NCBI GenBank assembly: GCA_012295275.1
Contig: CM022665.1
Span: forward strand, 24,986,001-25,050,000
Origin: Chrysomallon squamiferum
Taxonomy: Eukaryota > Animalia > Mollusca
Reading direction: 5' to 3'
DNA: 64,000 nt
Shown: positions 14,826-29,748 of the stretch, piece after piece
Position numbering within the stretch: position 1 is the stretch's first letter
Layout of the letters: each line of letters starts with the position of its first letter
Notes under the pieces: generated by a model
Seen by the model: the letters and a program-made list of their open reading frames with translations, nothing else
Told to the model about the DNA's origin: nothing
The model's database searches: none
Position numbers and translations under genes: made by a program

Positions 14826-16046
14826 TAGATGATTACTATGTTTAATATCATCTATGTACAAACAATATACGACATAAATTTAACATGCTTTATTATTAAA
14901 ATAGGTTGTCTTTAAACAAGTACATGTAAATAAAGGTACTAACGTACTTACACATCTGACAGCATACAGAGTTTAAGTCTGAATGTATTCAAGCACACCG
15001 ACACCGCCCACACACAACACAAGATAACTAAAAAAAAAGAAGGTAAAATCAACAGCAACAAAATAACTACAGTACTATAATTCACTGTAATGAAAACTAT
15101 CATTATACACTCGATTTAAATATTTTTAAAACGTGTCATGAAGACGAATACGAAGGACGTGAAAAAAAAAATAATGAAAAAGAAGAAAAAGAAAAGAAAG
15201 AAGAAATGAAAAAGAAAGAAATTATGAACTACAAGGAAACAAATTTACATATTTATTCACAACGTTACTGGACAACAATAATTTTGACGTCGTCTGTCCT
15301 CACATCTGAAATAATCTGGAATGACACAAAATGTGTTAGATGCTAAACGTTCACACTTCGACGTACCGACAGACAAGCGAAACACATATATACAATTATG
15401 TATATATCCAGACCAGGGCATTAAACATTTATAGAATCAGTCTAACTCCTTTATCTCGTATGTAAAAGAATTCAGAATTATCAGTAGCCAGACTCCCCCA
15501 TTACAGAAAGCAAGATTACTTTATATTTTAACAAATACAGTAATGATTAGATACCTAATCTGTCGTGAAATAATTTTATGTTTCTAATGTCTGGCTTTTC
15601 ATTCACTTCGTTCATCTCGGCAAGACGAGAAGTACTTGTAAATAGATTAGACGTACCACTAATACAATGAATGTCCGTTCTTGTAAAGACCGTATCAGTT
15701 ACCGTGCAAAACAACCTTGAGACAAGAAGTCCGTATTAATTGGTGCTAACATAATAAATGACGAACACGAATTCGCCCGTTAATAAAATTTAATAGTGCA
15801 TGTTGATTAATATGAATATTTAAAAAACTGATCTTAATTTCACATTATCCAGTTCTCTATATTTCTGGTTTCTTTGTATTTCTTAATGCTTCTGCCTCTG
15901 ACCCTCACCCCTCTCTCTCTCTCACTCCCTCTCTCTTTCCCACACTTTCTTTCCTTCTTTCAAACACTGCTTGACTCTTTCTATCTCATTTCTCCTCTTT
16001 CTCTATGTGAATGACGACATTTCTCAAACTCACTATGAATATTAAT

Positions 16047-16178
<132 letters not shown>

Positions 16179-16615
16179 CACTCATACAAAAAAAAAAAAT
16201 CCATGTTATACTGACATTTACACAAAGTATTGATTACATTACAAAGTTCTAGCGAAAAGTGTGAAAATTTAATTCAAAGAGCCAGGAAGGCAGCTTCTTT
16301 CCTCTATTTTCCGCGTGACAGCTGCACTTAAACGTGAGAGAATACGGTGACTAATGTCCTGTACGTCTCACCACCAGATAATTAGTTAACTTACCGTTTT
16401 AGCTCAGAGATATTTTTATTCTTTTGACATTCGTACCATTATTTGAGCCACGACTGATCTCGCGTTCTGCTATTACTATTAAATTAATCTTTACAGTTAT
16501 GTCACTGTTTTAAATCACAGTCATGCGGAAGTCTTATCACATTTCATACAATCAGACCTAGCTTGGTGCTTCGATGCGTTGTTGAAACCTGAATCAATCC
16601 GCGTAAAGAAAGCAT

Positions 16616-16658
<43 letters not shown>

Positions 16659-17699
16659 TTAGGTCGTGTATGTGTGTATGTATTCTGTGTGTATGCATGT
16701 ATGTCTAAATCACTGGTGCGCAAACTTTCTGATCTTATAGTACGCAGCGCTCAAATTTCACAGTGATTATGTAAAATCTGAAATGTAAAATGTAAAATCT
16801 ATGACTTTACATAATTTTCTAACAATCAACCTGTGTGACTTTAAATGCTGCATATAAATAACGGGTGCATTAACATATTTCCATGAGAATTGACTTCATC
16901 TCTCTACGATTCCCTTTAAAGTCTTAAATAAAACAGTTATTAATATTATTTATTACTTATATTAAATACTAACTTTAAAACTGTCGGATCTAAAAATTAA
17001 CACTGGACGCCTTGTTGTGTATCTGACAGACGTAGGAAATTGATCGTGTGTGAGTGTTTAGACTGACACACAGCCTCGTTCTGTTTCAAATGAAACGTTA
17101 AATGTGGTGAGGTGACATCCTTCCCTCGGCCGCAGAGAATGCAACCCTGGTCTAAATGTACGCATGCACTCACAGACGCACGAATTAATAAATGACCTGC
17201 CTTTCGACTGTATGTTCATTTATATATGTATAAACATTCCATAAATGCACTAAAAATATATCAGAAATAACAGTATGTGACGTAATAATTTTTTTAAAGA
17301 AACAAAACATATACACAATAAAAAAAAAAAAAAAAAAAAAAAAAAAACAAGAACCGTTAACTATTATAGTTTAATCTGTGAAGAAAATGTCAGTTTTTTT
17401 TTTACTTCTAAGTAAGAGAACAGAGAAAACAAAATAGCAATGATTACTAATAATTAATGTAAAAATGAATCAAGCTTTTAAGTTATTAAATTGGCATGAG
17501 TAAAACTCTGGATCTCAGACTGTGTAACACCATGCAGTATGAAAACAGTATAAAATTATTCCAAAAACAGCTATGTTATAACATCCTATTAAATTACTAC
17601 ACTAGCATGTTCAAAATTCTATCTTTTGAATTGATATAAGACAGCCAAATATGGATCTTATTTTTGAAATACACGTATTTTTCTTGAAAACTGCATTCA

Positions 17700-17750
17700 C
17701 TACGAAAATACTACCCACCCCCCTTTTCTTAAACGACGGATCCGCCCCTG
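17700..17750. mobile_element. Possible MITE terminus
   Basis: C-rich run followed by GGATCCGCCCCTG (reverse complement CAGGGGCGGATCC), a terminus resembling those of invertebrate MITEs. Partner TIR not seen. Confidence 0.3.
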
Positions 17751-18160
17751 ACCGTTGTATCCAGATCGCCAGCGTGAAAACTGCTACGTAACATTCATGA
17801 TTACATCATAATGTCCAGAAAGTCAATGCTCTTAAGAATAATGATGTTATAAGCGGATTGTGGCTGTAGAATAGGCTCGACTACAGTGGTAACACAATAT
17901 AACACGGTACGGGCATAAGCGTATTCAGAATTCATGATACGATACACAATAACAAGTGTTACGTTACATTAATATTATAAGAAGAGCAAGGATTGCGTGC
18001 TTTTGCTGTATTAATATAACTCTGTAATTCGATCTGTTATTTACATGAACTCATAAATTATTCTCATGAGGTTATCGACAAATGTTAATAAATATACATG
18101 TAAACATTTAATTACCTTGTGAATATCCAGTAATAATATTATACAAATTGCCGTATTTGC

Positions 18161-18300
18161 TTGTTTTAGTTTTTGTTTGTGTTTATTGTCTTCGTTTTGT
18201 TTTTGTTTGTGTTTATGGTCTTTGTTTTGTTTTTGTTTGTGTTTATTGTCTTTGTTTTGTTTTTGTTTGTGTTTATTGTCTTTGCTTTGTTTTTGTTTTT
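18161..18300. repeat. 30-bp minisatellite, about 4.5 copies
   Basis: Unit tttgttttgtttttgtttgtgtttattgtc starts at 18161, 18191, 18221 and 18251, with a partial copy at 18281. Confidence 0.9.
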
Positions 18301-18836
18301 TGTTTGTTTTTTGTAAGTTTTATTTTTTTTTTGTTGTGTTTGTTTTGGGTTTTTTTGTTGGTTTTTTCTTTCTTTTCTTTGGTGTTCATTGTTTTGTGTT
18401 TGTTTATTTTTTTAACTTTTTTTTTCGTTTTTATATATATTTAATCTGTAGTTATATAGATAAGCCTAGAGATGTCTGTACATCACACATACATCCTGCT
18501 GTTACAAATACATGCAGCACAATGCAAGCGATGTCAGTCGTTTAAAATAATTATATATATATTTAGAAAACTGAAGAAAAGACAACACGATCAATATTCA
18601 GAGGTTTCCCGTTATAATGAAAGAATGTTTAACATAGAAATTCATTGCATATTGGCTTTCAGAACAAAACAAAATAAATAAATAAATAAAATGTATGTAT
18701 ATAAATGAAAAAATTAATGATTAATGAATAATCAGAAAAAAAGAAGAAAAATAAAACCGCAATGTGTACAGTTGTACTCACTGTCAAAAGAAACTATATT
18801 ATTACTAAAACTACTGTCCCTACTACTTCTACTAAT

Positions 18837-18867
<31 letters not shown>

Positions 18868-18937
18868 ACAATAATAATAATAGTAATAATAATAGTAACC
18901 ATAATAATAATAATAATAATAATAATAATTATTATTA

Positions 18938-18990
<53 letters not shown>

Positions 18991-19134
18991 AAAGATTAAG
19001 TAATAAAAAAAAAAAATATATACTTTTTAAATTTTATTAATAGATATGTGAAGTGTCCATAATATGTCATGACATCTTCAGTTGTTTCTATTATTAAAAA
19101 ATTATAATATATTTTTCAGATTTTTAAAATGCTT

Positions 19135-19180
<46 letters not shown>

Positions 19181-19544
19181 TAGTAGGGCAAACTTTTCAA
19201 TCATTTGAAAAATATGCTATAATGAAACACTTATTATTATGTATCATATCACGAATTTTGAATGTATTTATGCCCGCATCATGTTATATTCTATTACTAC
19301 AATAGTTCAGCCTATTATGCAGTTACATCTGCTTATTTTAAACAGCTTTAAAGAGCTATCTATAACCAAACATCCCATGTCACTACAAGTATAGCCAACA
19401 TATTTAATGTAGGTTAGGAAATATATCAGTTTTACTAAATTAATTTTTCTCTTCTCACTCATATATACATACACATGCCCTAACGAGAATAACAAAGGTT
19501 ATATATCTGTAAAAATAGTTTAATGATAACACATATAACATCTA

Positions 19545-19760
19545 TATACATACATACATATGTACATACATACATACATACATACATACATACATACATA
19601 CATACATACATACATACATACATACATACATACATACATACATGCATGCATACATACATACATACATACATATATACATATATACGTACATACATACACA
19701 CACACAACAACAACAACAACAACAACACAACAACACACTCACATATATATATATATATAT
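19545..19760. repeat. (CATA)n with (CAA)n and (TA)n microsatellites
   Basis: Direct inspection. Confidence 0.95.
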
Positions 19761-20425
19761 GTTTTTATTTCTTTTCTTTTTCTTTTTTAAAGCTCCACCG
19801 AGACAGATTAAAATAGGCTGGAGGCGCGCGTAGGCATCGTGTGTTCTAATCCTGGTAATTGAATAGCGTGGGCAAAGTAAAATGGTTTTCAATGAACTGA
19901 CGACCGTGGCTCAGAATTAGGCATTTATGTGACGTTGTACTCCACTCTAATCAGTCCCGACATTTTGTTAACTTGATTAGGGACCCTAAGTCAGACCTAC
20001 ATAGCCACACAATTGACAATTGACTCTCGACTTGAGTTTCGCAGGGCTACATTTTCCAATTTCCGATCATCTCGGCATTGTTGCGTTTCTTGATTAACTG
20101 GGATAAAACATCACTTTTTTTTTTTTGTTGAAGAATATTGAATTGCAAGCGCTGCACGGTGACGATTATTGCCGTTGTCAAATGAAAAGGAGTTATGATA
20201 TGTCCAGCTGTGTGTGAGAAAAAAAGGAGAGATCATTTAAAAAAAAAAAAATAAAAAAAAAAAAAAAAAAAAGTAAGAAAAAGTAAGAAAAAGAAATATT
20301 AATAATAGATTGTTGAAAAACCATTGTAGAAGGAGCTGTTTATTTCCAGGAAAAGAAACGAAAACTATGCACATGTTTTCATCTGTGTTTTTCTTTCATG
20401 AATTATTTATTTTTAAAAAAGTTAG

Positions 20426-20430
<5 letters not shown>

Positions 20431-20512
<82 letters not shown>
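20431..20512. repeat. (GA)n microsatellite
   Basis: Direct inspection. Confidence 0.95.
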
Positions 20513-20515
<3 letters not shown>

Positions 20516-20651
20516 ATCTGTGACTCTTTCATACACTGAGATGGACTGTATGTTGTGAATGTTTATTGATCTGACGAGTTTATTACATGTGATGTTTGTA
20601 TTTTGTATAGAAGAAAGGACGTTTCATCTCGAGGCTAATATCTTAATAGAA

Positions 20652-20683
<32 letters not shown>

Positions 20684-22339
20684 AAAAAAAAAAAAAAAAA
20701 AAACCGAAGACATCAAATTTGAAATAAAAAAGAAATTTTACTGAGAAAATGTTTAAACGTATGCAAAAAAAGCGATGATTTATTGTTGATGGACATTATG
20801 TGCATTACACTGATTTCCAACAATTCAGTATCGACTCGGCATCACATGTACTGAGGTAACAGACGTATCTCTGACACCAACACTTTCCCTAATTACTTCA
20901 CTTTCAAAAAAATTCTATTTTTATTCTTCTTCCTCTTCGATTTTTTTTTTTTTTTTTTTCGTTTTCTTTTTTTAAAATTCATTGTCTGGTTAAATGTTTT
21001 CCGACATCTTCCTCTGTGTCTGTGAGACAGACGTGTCATTTTCAATTTATACATTAGCCAGCATGTAATCAAGAACGGACATCAAAACTGGCGCGGAGCA
21101 CGTACTGGGTTCCGAAGACATGGATAGGATATCAAAAGATATTTTCAAAGCAACATGTTGATGTTGAAAATCTTTTAAGGTGATAACTCGTGATTCGGAA
21201 TGTCAATTAGTTTCGTAGATAAAAAGGTTTTTCTGTCTCCGAAAACACATTTAACCAGCTGAAACGACCCAAAGCCCGAAAATACCGCTACACGTGTTGC
21301 TTCCTTCCTGCGAATCACGTTCTTCGAGTAAAGAGGACAATGCGATTGCCTGGCATGTTTCTGCACCGCTGTGTCATATTTTAGATCCTTTTCCATAAAG
21401 TAATTAATTATATTTCTTCTGATCCTTAGACCATAAACCATCGAGACCTTTGGTATCTGAATTTCATTATTATATTGCTAGAAAATACAGCTCGTTGAAT
21501 ATTTTGGCTGCAACATTAAGTCGATCGAACTAGAGAAACAAAAATTCTTTTATTTGGATACGAGAAGTTACGACGAAGAAATAAGCAGAGTTGATACAGT
21601 GTATGTAATATTCTGATTTTAGATTAATGTGTGCATAAAAGAATAACTGTACAAGTTTCGGAGAAATCTACCAAATACGTGACATTTATCAAGTGAAACA
21701 TAAATTATATAAACTATCAGTAGTTATTTTTTCCTTTTCTTTTCTAATTTTCTTTTGTTATTTGTTTTGTTATTTTTCTTTTATGAGGCTCGTACAACTA
21801 TTATATATTATCACACTGCATACAAATTAATATTTCTCGTTTTAGCGAATTATATCCAAACTAATGTTATCATTTACCAAAAAAATAATAATAATAAAAA
21901 ATAAAAATAAAAAAAAATAATAATTATACAAATATTTTCTTCATAAAATATTTAGCCGCTGTTGTTTTGTTTGTATTTTTTCAGTTATTTACATTCTCCT
22001 ATTAATACAGTATTAAGTATCCGAAACTGATTCTATCTTTCCTACCGCACTTTTATCTATGTCAATCTTAAACCTCTAATTACATCAATTCTCTTATAAC
22101 AAATACGATTACCATCTACTTTCCGTTGACTTTCGTTGTTTGCATCTGCTGCTAGTATTTAAACAATTAATAAGCGATTACAAATTCGATATCAGCTGAC
22201 TCATTTGCAAACTGACCTGCCTGTAAGAAATCTCAATCTGAGGAAATTGTGTTGATCTAAAGTTAAATATGAATAACCAATTCTGACTCCAGTTAAATGA
22301 AGAAAAAAAAAAAAAAAAAAACCTCGTCAAACAACGGCT

Positions 22340-22640
22340 ATTAAACTTACGTGACACTGTGGTTAAGGTTATACTGCGCAAGGTTAAGGTCCTATGACGC
22401 ACAACTGCTCAAATTTAGGATTCGGTGGGTTGTTATCAAAACTGGGAAGGTTGGTGGTTAAGTTTATGTGGCACAAAGGTTAAGTATTACGATGCTAAGA
22501 TACTACGGCTCAATTTTTAGCCACCATGGCTGCCGATTAAAATTGGGATGGTCGCTGGTTAAGGTTGTATGGCGCAAGGTTAAGGTTCTGAAGCTCATAA
22601 TTAAGCCACTAAGGCTTACGGTAAAATTCGGAGAGTCAGA
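22340..22640. repeat. Diverged tandem repeat, about 95-100 bp unit, 3 copies, with paired GGTTAAG cores
   Basis: GGTTAAG...AGGTTAAG pairs start at 22361, 22456 and 22557, each followed by a gctca(a/t)..tag/aag-like block. Confidence 0.7.
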
Positions 22641-23969
22641 TACTATTCTTACGATTCAAGGCTTGTAAGTACTAGGAATTAATATACATCGATCAGCACA
22701 CACTGGGGTTTTCCTATCTGCTAGAAGCAAGTTATGCTTGTTACACCGCACAACCTTTGATTAAATCAGGTCTTAGACAAACATTGTTGCACTGAGAACA
22801 TGAAATTATTTGTATACTCAGAACAAGATGTTTGAGTCATTTATAAAACATTTCTTTAGTTAATCCAGAAACTGATAGCAGTAATAATGATAGGGCACTC
22901 ATAGCTCTGTGTTAGAATCATGTCATATAATCCTTTAAATTCCATTCGGGTCTTCACAGAGTGATAGGATTCCGCGAAATAATTAGAAACAAAAAATCTC
23001 AGTGTATTACTATGGAGAGTTATCTGTTTATATAGGCCAACGGTTTCTCGATACTTGAACAAATGTTTTAGTGGTACGGAAGTAGTAGAAATTCGGATAC
23101 TACTGGTATAATCAGACAATTTCACATAAATAAAATTAATAATAAATGTACAACAGCTGCTCATTGTAATAAAAACGGCATTATTCTGGACAGCGACAAT
23201 CAGTCTACGTCAAACGAAAACATATAATGTCATATAGTCGTAATGCTGTGAAGTTCTCTGGTCATATTTAACAGAATGAAGCAGAAAAAACACAACCCCA
23301 CCAAATATATATATATATATATAATTACTTACTAAACGTTTAACTCACTCATTTAAAAACTTTAACGAGAATCTTAAGAATGTTTTAACAGGGTTACTAG
23401 CAAATATACAAATTACTGTGATGAATTCATCTTACTTGAGATGGTCATGGTCTTGTAATTAGACTCAGTGGTCGTGTTTCCAGTGGCTAACTGATTAACA
23501 TCATTGGCCGTTATCAGGATTACATCGATTCGCTTTGTGTTTCTTGCTTGGCAAAATGTCTAGAGAACGATTTTAATTTCCATTGATTTCAGCAGAGACC
23601 GTTCCACGGTCCACCAGGACTCCAATTAGTAAGTCAGTTAATTTACATCTTAGTGTTTATGTGAATAACACTGCTTTACGTACAATGGACTGTATAATGG
23701 TTTTACTTACAACACCTAGGTACTTGAGATGTTGAAAGGAAAGGCGTAGACGCAGCGAAATGTTAATAAAATAATTTTCGTTTAGGGACAAAAAGTAGAC
23801 CATAGAAATTTAGGTTCTAAGAAAATACAAAAGTAGACTGTAACCTAATGCTAAAAATAATTTCAAATTAGGCAAATGAATACAGCTCTTTTCCTCAACT
23901 GTGTATAATTAATAAAAAAAAAATAATATTATGCATTCAAAAATATAAGCAAACTAACAAGTACCAAAG

Positions 23970-24102
<133 letters not shown>

Positions 24103-26292
24103 TTCATACTACTACCAATTCCATCGCTTCTACTACTACTATGACCGCAACGATAGCAACAACAACTACTACTACTACAACTAATAATAATAGCAAGAAG
24201 AAGAAGAAGAAGAAGAACAACAACAACAACAATAATAATAATAATTATTATAATACTCTTTTTAAAATGAATAACGGCTGTAAATATTATGTAATTACCT
24301 CTTTACTTACACAATAGTTAATAGTTTAAAATCGTATCTTTTCGTGACATTTTCCGGAAACAAACAGGATGAATTCCCGAAGAAGATTTGTACACAGCTT
24401 TGTGACGTCAACAATGCTATGACGTCGTATTTTATTTATTAGCGCCATAGCGGATCTTTCCATATACCTGTTTACAAGGTAAGTTACGTTTTGTTAAAGA
24501 AATATTAGTTTAATGAAAATAGAACATATTAATTCTATGTTTATTAAAGTTTGACATAATTATTTTAATTGTGAGGGTTTGCCGTTCTGAGATCTGTTTT
24601 TTACAGATTAATTACAAGGAACTTCGTTATCTTCCTAAACAATGGGAAATAACTCGATAGATTTGACTCTATTTACTATCACCACAAAAAGATGGCTTTC
24701 TATTTTGCTAAGTACGATACCTCTATCTGCGCCCTTATAAATTTATACTTATTATTATTGTTATTATTTATTTCTTTATTTATTTCTTTATTTATTTTTC
24801 GTAATCTGAATTGTCATTAACAGTTCGAGTGCGTAATCAAATTAATATGTAAGTATATATGGATGTGTTTATGTATATAATTATGTGAGTATGCATGAAT
24901 GTTTGTACGTACGTGTACATATGAATTTATATGTGTTTGAATGTGTGTGTGTATATATGCACATACATACACAACATACATACATACATACACAGATACT
25001 TACACACATACACAAACACACATACACAAAGAGACATACACATATTATAAGAAAGTGGAAATCCAACGGCGCCATTCAGTGTGAGTAATAATATTATATC
25101 TTCTGCACCTTCTTATAAACACTTTCTTAATGTGTTACTAGCGAGAAGGCTATAGCTCTGCGTGTGCACTGAACAGGCTTGATCCTACGACTTATCATTT
25201 GAAGAAGCCTCATAATTTTATAAACCAGAACGATCTCCTTTCTCATATCCGTATGGTCTTTAATTATAAGAATGATGTCATCTAAGTATTTATTGAAACT
25301 GTGTTGGCTGTATCGTCAAATGAAACATTTTTGTATTCAGTATCATCTTTAAGAATCACTGTTTTAACATCGTAGGTGAAAAAGAATTGTATTACTTTCA
25401 TTCTTTTAAAAAAGGTGTAGTTGGGAAATATTGTTTTTACAATGGCGCAGACATAATAACATAATATCCATACGTATAACAGAGCTCTCAGTTTGAATCT
25501 TCTGAGCAAGTCTACAGACTTGATGATCACAAATGAAGTTACCAAAATATAAACAAACTTACTAAGTTCCTCAACAGCCATTTTGATCAACAGTCACGTC
25601 TTTCTTAGAATTTGGACAAAGGGCGCTAACTCCACATAATCGGAGGATTACTTCAGGAATGACAGCGTGTTGTCTTTGAAAACATTTCTTCGTATTTCTT
25701 ATTTCTCTACAGAGATAATAGCTGAATTTAATATCGTCTTTGGAAAGCTTCTTTGCCATTTATATATAATTCAATAACGAGAAAATATATGACAGAAAAT
25801 AAGTATTTATTTCATTAATAGGTTTATGCACCGAAGTGGCCTAATTACCGCCCCAAAGAAGGAGTTATGATTATCTCCCAAGATTTTATTTATGTTGTTG
25901 TCGCTGAAATTTTCATTTCGTTATGTGTATACATGTATGTGTATTTATATATATGTGTGTGTGTGTGTATGTATATATGTATTTTCATACGTATGTATGT
26001 GTGTATGTGTGTATATATTTATGTATGTATGTATGTATACGTATATATTTATGTATGTGTATATGAGTGTATAAGCGTGCATATAATATAAGTGTGAATG
26101 TGTCTGTGTATGAGTGTCTTGTACGTGTGTATGTGTAAACCTGTATATGAGTGCATGTGAGAATGTATATTCATTTTCCCACCATGTTGTAGATAATCTT
26201 CTCGTGACGATAGTCATAGTAGCAACATTAATTATTGCTGTTGTGGTAGCAGTAGTTGCTGTTGGAGTAGTTCTTGTTGCATTAATAGTATC

Positions 26293-26344
<52 letters not shown>

Positions 26345-28559
26345 GCAGCAACAACGGCAACAACAACAATACAAAATGTCGTCGTTACCATTCTAGACAA
26401 AACAGTTTAATATAACAATGGGCAATAGTACTTGCTGAAGCATATCTCCTCTATCAAATTTATTCAGCAACTGATCGTCAATATAATAATCGTATCTCTT
26501 TATCCACGATTCCAAGTAGAACACTTACAACTTTTAATCATTATCATGTTAAGCATGTAGCTATTACTCGCTGCAGGATCACGATCTTTCATATACACAA
26601 TTACACGATTCCATGATAGCTATGAAACACTCAGCACGTGTACAGCAATAGAGCATGTGCTGGAGTATAATACAAACATTTGTTATCTTAAACAATATCT
26701 ACAGTTTCTTTGGAAACAGATATTAATCTCGATGTCCGAAGCCACGGACTTTTCTAATCGGGATCGTTATATTCATAGAGGAAGAAAGAAAAGATAACAA
26801 AAAAAACAAAACAATATCTCTTTTGGGATACGAGCGGCGAAACTAGTTCCATGCATCGGTTTATGGTCATGGTGAGAATTTAATATCGATCAAACACTCC
26901 GATCTGAGCCGCGCTCATTTAGTCAGCCATCTGCAACTGTGCGCGGCAATAAAGCAATAAAAGTGACAACTGGTTGTGAATTTGAATTTTGTATGGGGAG
27001 GGGTTTAATATTTCTTTACCTCTTGCTTTCGGTATGTCAGTCCAATCAAATTAATCAACACGGTGCTATTGGGAGGATATTGAATTTTGCTCCCGGGTCA
27101 GAATTAATCAACTTTTGGCTAACTTTATTGACTCGAAACGTTAAAAGGAAATGTACTGAGATGTAGAAATATTTTTTCTTTTCTTTTCTTTTTTTTTTTT
27201 CTTCTCTGTTTTCAATCTGTTTGACACTTGTTGCATATTCTGCAGTTTTTGATAGCTCTCGTTACAATAGTCATCAGACTACAGTCTTTGCTTGGAAGAT
27301 TAGTTTTTGTGTTTTATCTATATATCATGTCAGTACTTTGTGAGTGCATGTGTTTTTCTCCATTTGTCATTACTCTCAGGATGAATTTATGCATATTTGT
27401 GAGTGTATATATGTATGTGTGTATAAATATGTGTGTATATGTGTGTGTGTGTGGGTGGGTGTGCGTATGCGTGTTTGTATGAACATAGGTATCCATGCAT
27501 ACAAATAAAATAAACATACGTGCACTCACACGTAAACACTTTTCCATAGGACAGAACTTAGCAAACGTTTCAAACTAACTTATGCCACAACCATTTTACA
27601 ACCTGATGCAAGTATAAAATCAAAATACACGTTGGAAATGTTTAGATTGAGTTAAACCTGCAGTGAAATTACTCACACGCGACTAGTGTTAATCTCTTCA
27701 CGTCTACTATAGATTTTATAACGAGTCATGCTGTTTTGCTGTAGCGAGTGATTACTTCATTGAAACTCTGCCTCTTTTAGTCTGGGCTATTGCTCTATTG
27801 ACAGATGGCGCAGCGCTATTGTATTTCCGGTTGATCGTTACTCCAAATTCTGATGATTTATTTGAAAGAACGTCTTGGTTGCCATTTACGTATAAAGTTT
27901 GTTTGGAGAGTTGAGAATCAAAAAAATAAAGTGTAAGAAAAAAAATATCTTGGAACCAAAGTTTTCAACATTTGGGAATTTATTGACGAAAACAATTTAG
28001 CAAAGATGATGCAATTAAGACGTAATATGTAAATTTTGAAGTTTATATCTGTTGTCTTTTGTAAGAGGTTTCACGAGGGGAAATAATCCTGAATTATGAC
28101 GTGTAACAGCTTCCCTCCTAATTCGTTAAGATCGGTGAAAAAAGAAAATGTTTTGCAAACATATGAAAAGGACAGAATAATTTTTTTCGCTACGTATTTA
28201 ACAAGCTATCTAGTGTATACATACAATAACTGTTGTTGTTTTTTTCGACATTTTTAAGTTGAATGGTTGTGAAGTCCTGGAACTAATGATATGGGGTTTA
28301 TTTATCAGTTTTGAAGATTTACTGAAATAAAAAAAAATTCAAAATGATCAATCAAAATTGCGATATAAATAATATTTTATTTACTGAATTTTATCGTACG
28401 TTAAATTGTTTATTTTACTGTACATTTAACTAACATTTTAGATACACGTGATGTCTGTGCTAATCAGCTGGCTCTGTGCCTGGTTACATTTACTGTGATT
28501 TGTATGTGAGTGTTAATTTTCTTCAGCGAGGCGCTCTGACGCTAGTGATGGGAAAATAT

Positions 28560-29000
28560 TACTTTGTAAAAGAAGGAAGACACGCATATCAGTCAATAAA
28601 AAAGGACACCCCGATGCTCCAGTTGGCGCTTATTACTGGTTCCATGCCCTGTTCACTTGAAGAATGGCCGGTATAAATTGGGTTGCCGTGACGTGGCAAT
28701 CTCTCTCAATGCCGCCTCAAGAACCGCCATATTAACATGACTGCCACACTTGATGGCATCATCGACACTATTTGCACAACAAACACGATTCAGCAGCGCG
28801 ACGTGGACGCCTTCTCTTGTCCACTGATGCTCAGCTGTCGAGTAAATGGGCTTCGTCGCCGAAATGACGATTGGTTCGATTCATTGAGAAGCGGCCGAGA
28901 TCAAGTACCGCAGATTTGTCAGCGGATTTGAAGCTATTTGTCGACGACTGACGATGTCCAATCAACCGTTTTCTCTCCGCATTTCACTCTGTGTGTATTC
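28560..29000. promoter_or_regulatory. CpG-rich island with promoter-type motifs; candidate upstream promoter or enhancer of gene A
   Basis: Locally GC/CpG-rich against an AT-rich background. ATTGG at 28870, CCAATCA at 28958, TGACGTGG inside GTTGCCGTGACGTGGCAAT near 28682-28700. No good ORF. Confidence 0.35.
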
Positions 29001-29662
29001 TTGAACGCCGCGTGTGTAATTAAGACTTTTCTTTTTCATTTTTTTTTTTTTTATTCTTCTTTCCTTTTTTTATTTTTTATAGTTATGTCTCTTATTTTTC
29101 AAAATGATGGCATTGCTGACATCGATAAACTAACAAATAAATGCGCATCATTTAATCCGGTAGTTTTTCATCGCGATTTTATGATGTGGTTTGGGTTTAC
29201 TCAGGGTCCGAGTGAATTTTCTCTCAAAATCAATATAGTCTTTTTTATATATATATTTCTCAAACATTGTAATATTTGTCTACAACACGATGATTGACTA
29301 TTCTACATTACAAGTTTGATTGTTCTGTAAATGGGTATTTAACAGTCTTTGCTCCCTGCCAGCCTCTCTCTTTTTTACTCTGTTTCCCTCCCTTTCTCTG
29401 CATCCGTATGTCTGTATGTGTATATACGCACATACATACATACATACATTCATCTATACACATATACACATACTCACAAACATGCATCTGTATATACACA
29501 TAAATACTTTTCTTTCTTTCTCTGTGTGTCTATCTATCTATCTAAATATCTATCTATCTATTTATCTATATACATATATATATATATAGACAGATAGATA
29601 TAGATATTTAATACAGTGTATGTATAATTATATGCACTTCTCTCTGTCTCATTGTGTCAATT

Positions 29663-29667
<5 letters not shown>

Positions 29668-29744
<77 letters not shown>
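29668..29744. repeat. (TC)n microsatellite
   Basis: Direct inspection. Confidence 0.95.

Positions 29745-29748
<4 letters not shown>

Noticed and set aside
22340-22640. Repeat-spacer appearance suggesting a CRISPR-like array
   Set aside because: Eukaryotic context, degenerate repeats, spacers related to each other, no cas genes.
25282-25759. Two overlapping minus-strand ORFs (62 and 102 aa) in fairly complex sequence
   Set aside because: No recognisable domain or convincing splice pattern. Could be a decayed mobile element; a BLASTX/HMM hit would be needed to call it.
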